The notes under the pieces were generated by a model. That model was not told the DNA's origin, searched no databases, and saw nothing but the letters and a program-made list of their open reading frames with translations. A stretch of 64,000 nt of DNA from positions 1 through 64,000 of IMG/VR virus record IMGVR_UViG_3300028048_000056; one strand, 5' to 3'. A program made the translations under genes and the position numbers. This DNA comes from a virus. Its lineage: Duplodnaviria; Caudoviricetes. This document shows, piece by piece, positions 1-10,298 of this stretch. Positions within the stretch are counted from its first letter, which is position 1; the number at the start of each line of letters is the position of its first letter.

Positions 1-2
1 AT

Positions 3-695
3 TATGACTTCCCACATAAGTTCATGACCAGAAAGCTCTTGTTCTACTGTGTATTCAATAACTTCCTTGAAAAGTGGAGTACCGGTTATAAGAACGAAGC
101 AGGCAAGCAGTGTCTGATGGACGGAGTTACCGAGTGGGAAGGTGACACATCTGAGTGGAGCACTGAGATGGTTGATATCGGTCACCCTTATCGTAGATAC
201 AGGCCGTCTGAGCAGATTAGGGCAATGATTACTCAGCAGTACCTTGAAACCTATAATCTAACCTGTGACATTGATTTTGGTTGGCTCAGAGTTTTTGAGT
301 GGTCGGTAAACGGCATCATCTGGACAAATGAACCGGTAACACGAACAGAAGCCGATAATATTGTCAATGTCGTACTGAAAGCACTTCGTATTCGATTCCA
401 TGCGGCTAATATGCAGATTGGCGTACTTCCTCGAATGATGGAAGTAGTCGATTGTGTTCAGAATTGTGACTCTCGTATCAGATACTTTGATGCAGGTCTT
501 CTCAATAAGCCGATGATAAACTGGGGACCAGTGCGTGATGCTGAGGGTATGATTCCGGACTCTTCTGTAAACTACGACATTGCTTACTTCAACGCTATCA
601 GCTACGCTAGGTTCATCGACGGAGATACAGAGCATTATGCTAAGTCACCTGTGTCTAAAATCAGTGTTGCGAAAGAGTGCATAATCAAAGAGTAA
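3..695 (+). CDS. 5'-truncated virion structural (probably baseplate) protein
   Basis: Frame open from window edge; directly upstream of Tail_P2_I-like gene. Confidence 0.55.
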   Translation, partial: YDFPHKFMTRKLLFYCVFNNFLEKWSTGYKNEAGKQCLMDGVTEWEGDTSEWSTEMVDIGHPYRRYRPSEQIRAMITQQYLETYNLTCDIDFGWLRVFEWSVNGIIWTNEPVTRTEADNIVNVVLKALRIRFHAANMQIGVLPRMMEVVDCVQNCDSRIRYFDAGLLNKPMINWGPVRDAEGMIPDSSVNYDIAYFNAISYARFIDGDTEHYAKSPVSKISVAKECIIKE

Positions 696-708
696 GGAGG
701 TGTAACGC

Positions 709-2418
709 ATGAAAAGCGAAAGGATGATTCCGAACATATACGAGCAAAGTTTCGATATGAGAACGATGTGTCGTTTCTTTGACATCGAACATGAACTGCT
801 CGAGTATTACACCAATCATATTTTAGATTGCTATTCACCAGAGCATTGCCCAAAACACCTGTTAGCTGAGTTGGCAGAGCATATTGGATTTGACTATCAA
901 GAGCTCAAGACAGTTATGTACAATCGAGTGGTTCTGAAGAACTTTATCAGAAATATGATAAGGTATAGAGGTAGTGCTACTGGAATAGCAAATGCAGCTG
1001 CCATTGATATTCGTTATCGACAGACGTACCCAGACTATTATTACAGCTATGGTCCTGACGGCGTTGAGCGAGTAGAAGACGCCGATGCTGGTAAGCAGAT
1101 TCCAATGACTTTTCATGAGTCAATCGACCGCCAGAAAACCTGGATTGACGTCGACCCGGAAGCTGCTATTATCTACGTATTCGTAATCGCAAGTGACTAC
1201 TTTCCTAAGGTTACTGCGGGAATGACCGATGAGGAGAAACAAGCTAATTTCGAAGAGAGAATGCGTCGACTACTCGACCTGGCATACCTGCAGGAGTATG
1301 TTCGTCCTGTGGGTATGTACCTACTTCCCATGGTGGCTCAGAAAGCCAATCCTTATACCGATTTGACGGTTAAAGCGGTTGTTATTCCTGAATATGAGAG
1401 AACTCACGAAAACGGTGTTGTTGGTACTCCTAATTCTTCACTGGAGCATCAGTATGACCGTATGCTGTTTGCTAAGGTAGAGAATCCAGATGATACACTG
1501 GCAGTTGAGCCTTGGGTTAGGACTTTATACCACTCCCAGTTAGCCGGTAAGCTAAAGCATGAATACTACAAGAAACCTGTGTATCACATCGAAGGCAAGT
1601 TCTTGTATTATGACCATGATGAGCTATTAAGTATCTACTCAGATATACAGCAGAATGTACCTGGTATGCAGGGCATGAAGATAGGTGACTCATTGTATAA
1701 TCCGAATGTATATAGAGGAGCTGGTATGTCTTACAGCTACGGACCAGAACAGTCAGACGAAGCTGAACCACTCTCACTTCAGCAACGTGGCGTTGCTCTT
1801 GAAACCAGCGAGAACCTGCGTTACGACGACCATGTAGGCTTCCCAAAACCTAGAGTATATCAGAACGAGTATACCGTAGCTCATCCGATTATCATAGATG
1901 CACTGGAACCATATCCGATATATCTAAGTGCTAGCCAGATACCAGAATATGCTGCTAGATATCTAGAAACTCAAGATACTGCGTTCATGGCTACAGAAGA
2001 CGGTAGATTGCTAGCAGTACCTCAGGTGCTCTTAGCATATCAATTCTTACAGACACAGGATACTTCTTATTTGTCTGCTTTGAATTCTGATTTGTTGGCT
2101 GTTCGTTCTAATTACCTGATTAATGCGTATGTTGGTACTCACATGCCGACATTAGACACTCCGGGTGATGGTGATGATGGTACCAACAAGAACCTTATGA
2201 TAAATCTATTCCAGGTAGATGACTACGGTGATTCTACATGGACGGGCAAGTACGATGTTGTCATTGCGGGTAAGGAACCTGTCGAACGTGACTTGTTACC
2301 TGCACCTGATGACATGAAGTACGATGCTACTAAGAATGGACCTCCGACAGGCGACGATGCTTATTGGACTGTCAAGAACTCTGAGGGTGAAGATGACCCA
2401 ACCGAGTATACTCCTTAA
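709..2418 (+). CDS. Baseplate wedge protein, Tail_P2_I-like N-terminus
   Basis: AAGGAGG RBS; SPEHCPKHLLAELAEHIGFD...IRYRGSATGI resembles the P2 gpI pattern. Confidence 0.65.
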   Translation: MKSERMIPNIYEQSFDMRTMCRFFDIEHELLEYYTNHILDCYSPEHCPKHLLAELAEHIGFDYQELKTVMYNRVVLKNFIRNMIRYRGSATGIANAAAIDIRYRQTYPDYYYSYGPDGVERVEDADAGKQIPMTFHESIDRQKTWIDVDPEAAIIYVFVIASDYFPKVTAGMTDEEKQANFEERMRRLLDLAYLQEYVRPVGMYLLPMVAQKANPYTDLTVKAVVIPEYERTHENGVVGTPNSSLEHQYDRMLFAKVENPDDTLAVEPWVRTLYHSQLAGKLKHEYYKKPVYHIEGKFLYYDHDELLSIYSDIQQNVPGMQGMKIGDSLYNPNVYRGAGMSYSYGPEQSDEAEPLSLQQRGVALETSENLRYDDHVGFPKPRVYQNEYTVAHPIIIDALEPYPIYLSASQIPEYAARYLETQDTAFMATEDGRLLAVPQVLLAYQFLQTQDTSYLSALNSDLLAVRSNYLINAYVGTHMPTLDTPGDGDDGTNKNLMINLFQVDDYGDSTWTGKYDVVIAGKEPVERDLLPAPDDMKYDATKNGPPTGDDAYWTVKNSEGEDDPTEYTP

Positions 2419-2447
2419 TTTGCTAATTTCATTTGTAATACTCCTTT

Positions 2448-2517
2448 GGTTTTGCTTAAATGCAAGGTTTTGTAACGTACACACGGTTACCTCAAACCAC
2501 TGCATTTAAGCAAAACC
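2448..2517. repeat. Long hairpin with 17-bp terminal inverted repeat GGTTTTGCTTAAATGCA; twin at 63360
   Basis: Arms 2448-2464 and 2501-2517, inner GGTTT/AAACC and GTAAC/GTTAC pairs, followed by T-run. Confidence 0.85.
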
Positions 2518-2599
2518 TTTTTATTTACACGAGTCATTGATAATTCGACGTATAATAAGGTAACGGGTGAGAGCCTGAATTTGAGAAAGGATGATTTGT

Positions 2600-3934
2600 A
2601 TGGTAAAGACTTATCAGTATGGTGACGCAATCCAGCTCACCGAGCATTTCAATTCTTCTGAGTTCCGCTGCAAGCCTGACGCTAATCATAATGCACAGCA
2701 CGAGTACAAGATAGACGATGACCTCGTCCAGAACCTCGAAAAGCTGTTCACAGTTATTCCGCAGCTGTTCGGGATTAAGGTGTCTAAGATTTGTCTCACC
2801 TCTGCCTATCGTTGTTATACTCATGACATTGCAGTAGGAGGCAACGGTACCGGTCCGCATACAGAAGGTTGGGCAGCTGATTTCATTGCCTATGACGAGA
2901 ACGGAGCTCCTATCAGCAGTAAGATGGTTTGCTGTGCCGCTCAGGAAATCGGCTTCCGAGGCATCGCGAATATCACCAGTGCATATATCTATACGCATTG
3001 TGATATGAAAGACAGAAAGAATGCCAAAGGTCAGTCCTACAGATGGTTCGGCAACGAAGTCTACGGTACTGGTACCGTCACTAATGACTTCTGGACCTAT
3101 TACGGTTTGACGCCGAAGACTAATAAGTCCGAACCTGAGGTTGTCAAACTCAAAGGTATTGACGTGTCTGAATTTCAGGGTGACATCGATTTCAGCACGA
3201 CAGCTGCTAACATCGATTTCGCAGTGCTACGTGCTGGATTCGGTCGCTACTCAACTCAGGAAGACAAGAAATTTCAGCGAAATTATGCCGGTTTCAAGAG
3301 AACTGGCACACCTATGGGTGCATACTGGTATTGCTATGCTACTTCTGCTGACGAGGCTCGTAAGGAAGCAGAAGCGTGTATGGCTGTTCTTAAGGGTAAG
3401 CAATTCGAGCTTCCTATCTTCTACGATATTCTTGAGGATGACCACATCCCGAAACTGAAAGCTGCTGGTGATATTTCGAAGCTCATCAATGAAATCGTAC
3501 CAGCATTCTGCTCTGTCCTGGAACAGAACGGTTATTATGTTGGTGTGTACTGCAATACTTCTGGATATACCTATTATCTGAACGACCACAACAAGCAGCG
3601 TTACGTTCAGTGGGTAGCTGACTGGAGAGGTACCTGTGGATATGGTGGGGAGAAGGTTATGTGGCAGTATAGCTGCAAGGGTAAGGTTCCCGGTATTTCT
3701 GGTGACGTTGACAAGGATTATGCTTACTCTGACTTTGCCGTTATCAAGGAGAAGGGTTTCAACGGCTGGAATGCAGATGATTATAAGCCTGACCTCGAGA
3801 ATCCCGATGACTGGCCTGAAGACCCTGCAGTTCAGCCGAACAACCCTGAGACTCCTACTCCAGAGGAAGCAAAAGATGTCTTTGAGAAGATACTCAAGGA
3901 AGTTCATGAAATTAATCAGAAACTGGGTAGATAA
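2600..3934 (+). CDS. Endolysin: peptidase M15A domain plus GH25 muramidase
   Basis: LTEHFNSSEFRCK..SAYRC..H..G.AAD..HCD (M15_3) and GIDVSEFQG..LRAGFG..GAYWY..WQYS..VDKD (GH25); start chosen by RBS. Confidence 0.85.
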   Translation: MVKTYQYGDAIQLTEHFNSSEFRCKPDANHNAQHEYKIDDDLVQNLEKLFTVIPQLFGIKVSKICLTSAYRCYTHDIAVGGNGTGPHTEGWAADFIAYDENGAPISSKMVCCAAQEIGFRGIANITSAYIYTHCDMKDRKNAKGQSYRWFGNEVYGTGTVTNDFWTYYGLTPKTNKSEPEVVKLKGIDVSEFQGDIDFSTTAANIDFAVLRAGFGRYSTQEDKKFQRNYAGFKRTGTPMGAYWYCYATSADEARKEAEACMAVLKGKQFELPIFYDILEDDHIPKLKAAGDISKLINEIVPAFCSVLEQNGYYVGVYCNTSGYTYYLNDHNKQRYVQWVADWRGTCGYGGEKVMWQYSCKGKVPGISGDVDKDYAYSDFAVIKEKGFNGWNADDYKPDLENPDDWPEDPAVQPNNPETPTPEEAKDVFEKILKEVHEINQKLGR

Positions 3935-3969
3935 TCCCAGATACTTTGAAACGAAAGGAGGTGAGGTTC

Positions 3970-5538
3970 ATGTCGACAAATCTATCATCGCAAGCTGAAA
4001 CAGTTCTGAATGTTCGTGTCGTTGTGGGTAAACCACAGCCTGACGGTACTATTGCCGTTAGAACTGACAGACGTTTTAAGAACACCGCTACCAGACTTAT
4101 GACCGAGTCAATCTGTAATTACCTTGCTGGTGCTGAAAACACATATAAGCGAGGTCACGGACGTCCTAACTACATGGGTATAGGCACGATGGGCATCACA
4201 AAGCAGCCTACGGACGCTAACGCACAGGCTGAGGTAGCTGATAACTTCGAAGACACGACCTACGTCGAGGGTGAGACTACTCGTCCTTGGTTCGAATCAA
4301 CCTCACTGGCTTTAACGACTGTCTGCGGTCCCGTCAATATCGATACTGACGGCAATAACCTGCATTTCTGGGACCCATCTATGGCATGGGGAAAAGACGG
4401 ATTTACCGGCAATCTTTCAACTGAGCCTGTCTTCCAAGGTGAACTCTGTACTAATCTGAAACATTATGCCGATGAAAGCGAAGAGAATGAGCGTGTCTAC
4501 GATGATATCGAGCGTATTCCCATTCTAAGAGCAGACGTTCTATCTGATTGCCCTGCTGATTGGGACTACGGTGTAGACGGATACAGTTCTCAGGTTATTT
4601 TCTATGCTTACGCTTCTGTTGAGTGGGTTCACAAGCTACTCAAACCAGTTTATAAGGAAATCGTCAAGGACCCTACCACAGGTGAGGAGACAACGGTAGT
4701 CCATGAGGTAGGACCTCAACTCGATAAGATGGCGATTTCTGAGTTTGGTCTGTATGAGAAGAACAATACAGACCCACACGGTCTTGAGACGATGCTAGCA
4801 GGCTTCCGAGTTCCTTCAGCCGACGATCTGGTTTACGTCACCGATGGTGAGGTCATTCTAATCGAATGGAGAGTTACTGTACGAGCTGTTATGCCGAATG
4901 AGGGGGTTCGTATTACTGGTGAGCCTGCACCTACAGGTATTGCAGTTCTTGCAACGTACCTAGGTGAGAATTCAACTCGTGACAAAGAAGTTCAAGTTAC
5001 TGGTATTGTCAAAGGAGACCCTGGAGTACGTCAGGGTATTACCTGGACACTCGATAATGCTGATGAAGCAGCTGCTGGTACTCATCTATCAGCTAATGGT
5101 CTCTTAACTGTCGATAAGAACGAAAAGCTAGACGTTCTCTACGTGTCAGGGGCTTCTGTTGTCAATCCGTTCATAACTTCAAGGACTGCGATACTCACAG
5201 GTCTCTTGAAGAATTTCGTGACTGGTATCACTTTGACCACAGAGTCTATAACCAGCTTTGATGTTCAGTTCCGAGCTACTGTTCTAGGTCGCGGTACATT
5301 TTCTCAGAACGTCACCTGGAGGTTCGGAGACCAGAAACCAGACAAGTCAACAACCACAATCAGCAACACCGGCTTGCTGCACATGGACTTTGAAGAAACA
5401 GCTGACCGATTCCAGATTATAGCTACTTCTGTTGAAGATACAAGCGTGTACTCAGTTGCTGCTGTTGTCCGTATAGATAAGACAGCTGGTACTTATGTGA
5501 TATCCGATTTCACTATCTTAACCGAAGGCGGTGAGTAA
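3970..5538 (+). CDS. Tail/baseplate protein with two C-terminal Ig-like repeats
   Basis: Repeated VQ.T..V.G....Q.(I/V)TW......T.(L/I)S..GLL.(V/M) units; structural context. Confidence 0.6.
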   Translation: MSTNLSSQAETVLNVRVVVGKPQPDGTIAVRTDRRFKNTATRLMTESICNYLAGAENTYKRGHGRPNYMGIGTMGITKQPTDANAQAEVADNFEDTTYVEGETTRPWFESTSLALTTVCGPVNIDTDGNNLHFWDPSMAWGKDGFTGNLSTEPVFQGELCTNLKHYADESEENERVYDDIERIPILRADVLSDCPADWDYGVDGYSSQVIFYAYASVEWVHKLLKPVYKEIVKDPTTGEETTVVHEVGPQLDKMAISEFGLYEKNNTDPHGLETMLAGFRVPSADDLVYVTDGEVILIEWRVTVRAVMPNEGVRITGEPAPTGIAVLATYLGENSTRDKEVQVTGIVKGDPGVRQGITWTLDNADEAAAGTHLSANGLLTVDKNEKLDVLYVSGASVVNPFITSRTAILTGLLKNFVTGITLTTESITSFDVQFRATVLGRGTFSQNVTWRFGDQKPDKSTTTISNTGLLHMDFEETADRFQIIATSVEDTSVYSVAAVVRIDKTAGTYVISDFTILTEGGE

Positions 5539-6745
5539 TGTGATTTCGAATGAGAAGGAATTCTGGACAGTCGGATACTCTCAATGGGGTAGATGGCAGG
5601 TCAGAAAGGCACCTGTAGACCAGCCAGATAAATACACTTTAGTGGAGGACTTAGGTCCTGAGCTAAAAGCTGCTTATCTAGAAGCTGATGGTGACTTTGT
5701 CTACATTGCTGGACAAGAGCATATTTCACTCATAACTTCTGGTGTTCCTTGGTTATTCGTAATTACCACTTCTGGTAAGCTCTATGTCAAGAAAGTAGCT
5801 GAACCTTTAGATATTGCCCTTCTTCTAGATACCGATGTTGAAGAAGCTTGTGCGTGTCGTGGTTGGAAATCGAACAAATATTCTGTTGATGATGGCTTGA
5901 TTATCGCTTATAGAAAGCGAGTAGGTGCTTTTATCAGAGTCTATCGTCCCATTCAAGGTACTTACGTCTGGAGCGATGTTCAGACTATTTCAGCTAGACA
6001 GGTTAATCATATTGAAATCCGACGTATGAACGATTTTAGAATAGGAATTCTTTTAGACGAAGAATTATTGCTGACTAATCGTACATACATCGGAAGCACG
6101 GTAAAAACAGAATTTTTCGAGGACCAATTCAATTCAGACTTCTTGGTCATGTCTATGACTGCGACAACCGGTCCTAAAGCTGATTTCGCTATCACAAGCG
6201 TAGCTTTGAAAGATTTAATCGAGCTCTGGGTTACGGGAAACTATCCGTTCTATAAGCGAGATACAACCTGGAACGATTTGAGTATAACAACTCAGGTTGT
6301 TGCTGGTCAAGGTATCGACAGGTATTGGGTTGAAGATGGATATCTAAAAATCAGACTGAAACTACCGATGACGACCCCCTATTCTTATATGAGGATTCAC
6401 CTCCGTGCTCTGAATCGTATCCAGTTCGAGCGCACACCGCAGAGTAGACCGGTATGTCCTGAGTTAGATATAATCTATGAAGCCCCACCAGTGCCTGTGG
6501 ATGAACATTTCGATGCATCGTGGGTGTCGCCTAACGCTGCGATAACGATGATTCAGAAGAGGAATCTGGTATATAACGGACCAGAGGAACATTTCACAGA
6601 TAGTTGGCAGAACCCTGAGGTTGGATTTACTCTGATTGCAGTAGTTCGCATTATAAATCGGGTTCCAGCTGAACATTTCGATGTAACGGTATCGAGTCCA
6701 GGCTCTGCTATTACCATGATTCAATCCGGTGTAACGCCGATATAA
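5531..6745 (+). CDS. Virion structural protein (hypothetical)
   Basis: 404-aa ORF coupled within the tail operon. Confidence 0.55.
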   Translation: MSNVISNEKEFWTVGYSQWGRWQVRKAPVDQPDKYTLVEDLGPELKAAYLEADGDFVYIAGQEHISLITSGVPWLFVITTSGKLYVKKVAEPLDIALLLDTDVEEACACRGWKSNKYSVDDGLIIAYRKRVGAFIRVYRPIQGTYVWSDVQTISARQVNHIEIRRMNDFRIGILLDEELLLTNRTYIGSTVKTEFFEDQFNSDFLVMSMTATTGPKADFAITSVALKDLIELWVTGNYPFYKRDTTWNDLSITTQVVAGQGIDRYWVEDGYLKIRLKLPMTTPYSYMRIHLRALNRIQFERTPQSRPVCPELDIIYEAPPVPVDEHFDASWVSPNAAITMIQKRNLVYNGPEEHFTDSWQNPEVGFTLIAVVRIINRVPAEHFDVTVSSPGSAITMIQSGVTPI

Positions 6746-6756
6746 GGAGGAATACT

Positions 6757-8304
6757 ATGAACGGAAAAGGAAAGGTAGAACTGCATAATAAATTTAGCTT
6801 TCAGCTGACGGATAGTGCAGGAAACATCAAGCAAATAGGGTACGCTGAAAATGTAGTCGTTAATCGATATTATCAGGAGCTACCTAGATATATCGAGGAC
6901 GGACCTATAGACAGGCGAATTAGCCTAGGTACAGGTACCGGAACCCCAGCAGTTACCGATACTGCATTATTTAATCGACTGATATATAAAGACTGTGGGT
7001 CCTACTCTTCAGTCACACCACTCGGGAACGGGCAGTATTCTTGGACAGCAACAACGACATTTACTGAGAATGAGGCGAATGGTAACTTAACCGAAGTAGG
7101 TTTGTGTGATTACGATGGCAACATCTTCACTCACGCTATGATTACTGACAGCGAAGGACACACCATAGCTATCCAGAAAACAACATCAGACCGTCTAACA
7201 GTTACAGCTACCTTATATCTAACACTGACTTTTGATAATAACCTCAAATATCTCGATAAACTTGTCTATTATTCACATTACCCTTCAGTTATCTCTGCGG
7301 AAGCTAATCCTGAACGGATAACGCCTCGCGATGCCTGCACTAACCCAATCAGATATTGTGCAGGTCTTTCAACGAATGATAGCAGTTTCTACATCTTACT
7401 CGCTAAAGGTGCTTCTATGGGTTGGTCTGTTGGTTCAGACTATTCATACGATTCGACTACACAGACTAAACGATATCGTCGTGCTAGAATTCAATCAACA
7501 GAGCAGAATATGAACCAGACGTACCAGATATTTGGTATTCGCAATGCTTACGGTATTAAGTCTTTCCCAGACCACACCGTGTTTCCACCTATCACTCTAG
7601 AACTTGAGAAGACAGCTGACGGAAATTCAGGTGACTTTAACTTCGGTATTCCTATCTTGATGGATGATGTGACCGTATTTGTCGACGGTGTTCAGCAGCC
7701 TAGCAATGCTTATGTCTGGGGCGGGAAGGATTTCAGTTTCAGACAAGCTTGGGAGTCTCAGCATGGTGACCACCTTGTTAAAGCGACTGAGGTTGTCTAT
7801 GATTATGATTATAGCAAAGCCTCCGCTCCAGTATGTGGTCATTTCTATGATAGTTATTCTAGAACAAACCCCAAAGGTAGCCATTATGTGATGTATTATG
7901 ATTTCGGAACACCGAAAGCCGTAAATCATCTAAGACATCGGTATGACTCTGACCGTGGTTGTTCTTTGTATTACTCAACCGATAATGAAAACTGGACGCT
8001 GGCTGCTGAGGTTAATTCTGGAGATACCGATAGGGTATATGACCGTAGTTTTGAAACGATAACCGCTCGTTACTGGAAATCTGATTTTGGAACTAATGTA
8101 CCGTACGAATACAGCTGGGCAGAAATGCAGACTAGATTCATAGGTGCTTTCGACTTCTTCCAGCCACAGCTTCACCTGAATACAGTACCGGCAGCGGGTT
8201 CGATAGTTAAGGTTGTAGCCAAATCTGAATACCCAATCAAGAATGCGAACTGGATTATCGACCAGATGTTCATCGACATGAAGATTACAGGAGGTAATTC
8301 ATAA
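6757..8304 (+). CDS. Tail fibre/receptor-binding protein with discoidin-like C-terminal region
   Basis: LGTGTGTPAVTDTAL..EANGNLTEVGL tail motif; YDFGTPK..YSTDNENWT..TARYWK F5/8-like motif. Confidence 0.6.
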   Translation: MNGKGKVELHNKFSFQLTDSAGNIKQIGYAENVVVNRYYQELPRYIEDGPIDRRISLGTGTGTPAVTDTALFNRLIYKDCGSYSSVTPLGNGQYSWTATTTFTENEANGNLTEVGLCDYDGNIFTHAMITDSEGHTIAIQKTTSDRLTVTATLYLTLTFDNNLKYLDKLVYYSHYPSVISAEANPERITPRDACTNPIRYCAGLSTNDSSFYILLAKGASMGWSVGSDYSYDSTTQTKRYRRARIQSTEQNMNQTYQIFGIRNAYGIKSFPDHTVFPPITLELEKTADGNSGDFNFGIPILMDDVTVFVDGVQQPSNAYVWGGKDFSFRQAWESQHGDHLVKATEVVYDYDYSKASAPVCGHFYDSYSRTNPKGSHYVMYYDFGTPKAVNHLRHRYDSDRGCSLYYSTDNENWTLAAEVNSGDTDRVYDRSFETITARYWKSDFGTNVPYEYSWAEMQTRFIGAFDFFQPQLHLNTVPAAGSIVKVVAKSEYPIKNANWIIDQMFIDMKITGGNS

Positions 8305-8591
8305 TGGACTTCCCAACTTCTATTCAGGTACCGTCTGTACCCGATAACTCGTTCTTCGAAGACACTAGCAGTAATCTGCATAATGAAGGCACTCTTACTG
8401 GTAAACTCGCACAGGTTAACCTAGGTGTATATAACAGCCTTACCTGGAGCGATACCTCCGGTATGTCTGACGACACCATTACCGACTGGGGTACCAAGAC
8501 ACTTCCTGGTGCAGGTGCATTCTACTTCGCTAATCATGAAGACGGTTACCCCACGATGGGACACCTGGAACCTGCGCAACATGATGATTGA
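8304..8591 (+). CDS. Hypothetical protein (tail operon)
   Basis: AGGAGG RBS, TAATG coupling. Confidence 0.6.
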   Translation: MDFPTSIQVPSVPDNSFFEDTSSNLHNEGTLTGKLAQVNLGVYNSLTWSDTSGMSDDTITDWGTKTLPGAGAFYFANHEDGYPTMGHLEPAQHDD

Positions 8592-8673
8592 ACTTATAAT
8601 AGGTTGAATACAAGAATACAGTCAGCATTTCAAGAAGGGGTGCTGACTGTATCTAGAAAAGGAGGAATTTTCT

Positions 8674-9753
8674 ATGGCAAATCAAGAAAGAGAGCCTTCC
8701 GTACTTGACTTTCCGAATGGGCAGCGAGTGGAAGACATTCTGAAGAAAGCTCAGAATTTAGCTAATATACAGATAATCGGTGCTGGTTTATCTCTGGACG
8801 GCGAGACAGGAGAACTTTCAGCATCAGGAGGCGGTATGCCATCAGATGTAAAATATGCCACTAATCTTAGTCTGACTATCGACAGTTCTACATTTGTTGT
8901 GACTGCACAGCTCTTAGATCAGAACGGTGATAACCTTGGTACAACTCAAACTATCGATTTACCTCTTGAGAGCGTGGTTGTTGGCGGTTCTTATAACGCT
9001 CAGACCAAGAAAGTAATTCTTACTCTCAAGAATGGTAATACTGTAGAGTTCTCTATAGCAGACCTCGTTGCAGGCTTGCAGACAGAGCTTTCGGCATCGA
9101 ATAAGCTTAACCCTGTATACATCAATTATGACTCTACTCACAGAGCTGTAAGTGATGCGGAGAAAACAGCTTGGAATACAACTACAACTAACGAAGTGAC
9201 AGACCGTGCCGCACTCGCTGAGCTTATCGACGGCGCCGCAAAAAACCGTCTGCCGATAACATCTGTTGATAGTCTCAAGCAGTTGAATACCTATGGTACA
9301 TGGGAGAACAATGTCTACACTCACTCAAGCGGAGTCGTATTCACAGTCAACGATGATATGTCAATTACTGTAAATGGAACAGCTTCGGGAGCAAACGCAG
9401 TTCTTGTTCTCTCGATGCCGGGAGGCTTCTCAATCGAGGCAGGCAACTGGATACTGTCGGGCTGCCCGTCAGGCGGCTCGGCAAGTACATATAACATTGC
9501 AATTGCGGGTACGACGTCCGATACAGGAACGACAGGAAGCTTTACTTCGTGTAGCAAGGTACTTGTAAGAATATATGTCATAAGTGGCACGACAGTAGAC
9601 AACCTTACGTTCAAGCCGATGGTCTGCTCGAAAGCAGCATGGGATATCTCACAGGCTTATCAGCCATACCGCCCGAGTTACCAAGAGCTTTATGAACGCA
9701 TACTGGCTCTTGAAGGTGGCGGCACAGCAAGCCTCAGCATGGCACGCCAGTAA
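8674..9753 (+). CDS. Tail fibre-like mosaic protein
   Basis: Strong RBS; TIDLPLESVVVGGSY motif and beta-rich C-terminal module ending YQPYRPSYQELYERILALE. Confidence 0.6.
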   Translation: MANQEREPSVLDFPNGQRVEDILKKAQNLANIQIIGAGLSLDGETGELSASGGGMPSDVKYATNLSLTIDSSTFVVTAQLLDQNGDNLGTTQTIDLPLESVVVGGSYNAQTKKVILTLKNGNTVEFSIADLVAGLQTELSASNKLNPVYINYDSTHRAVSDAEKTAWNTTTTNEVTDRAALAELIDGAAKNRLPITSVDSLKQLNTYGTWENNVYTHSSGVVFTVNDDMSITVNGTASGANAVLVLSMPGGFSIEAGNWILSGCPSGGSASTYNIAIAGTTSDTGTTGSFTSCSKVLVRIYVISGTTVDNLTFKPMVCSKAAWDISQAYQPYRPSYQELYERILALEGGGTASLSMARQ

Positions 9754-9980
9754 CAATCTGGTACGTCCTCGCAGAACCCACAACAGGTATAGTAAATGAG
9801 CCACTTATGAAGATTGGGGATTATGCTGATGAAGTTTCAGGCATATCAATCCCCACAATAGCAGGAGCAAACACACTCTCAGTTGGCACAACATTACAGC
9901 CGAGTGAGATAACGGTCAACTATAAGGGTTGGCATCCTGTTGCAGATGTTCATGAACGAGACAGCGGTCAGTGGGATTGA
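9714..9980 (+). pseudogene. Orphan C-terminal tail-protein fragment in the -1 frame
   Basis: Reads GTPVTIWYVLAEPTTG..IPTIAGANTLSVGTTLQPSEITVNY; no start or RBS at its 5' end. Confidence 0.6.
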
Positions 9981-10202
9981 ATAAAATTATATTTTTATCG
10001 GATTTGAAACAACGGTATATAGCCAAAAAGTGGCTGTCGTTTTTAACAAATTGGCGCAATCATTAGTTCGGTTGCGCCTATAATTATGAAAGGAGGTATG
10101 CCGATGCACGAAATATTCAAGAAGTTGTCAAACCGTATGAACTGACGATAAGACGAGCTTTGATTGTTTATCTAACTCCGCAACCTGAATATTAAACCTA
10201 TA

Positions 10203-10245
10203 ATAGATACGAGTACGGAACCCACACCTGCTCGTATCTATTTTT
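10203..10245 (+). terminator. Intrinsic terminator-like hairpin
   Basis: ATAGATACGAG/CTCGTATCTAT plus T-run. Confidence 0.6.
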
Positions 10246-10298
10246 ATCCGCAAACGATACTCTTTACTATAATAGATTAAGAATAAGGAGGTGAGTAC

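Noticed and set aside
9700-10150. Diversity-generating retroelement at the tail fibre
   Set aside because: No reverse transcriptase and no TR/VR pair in the window
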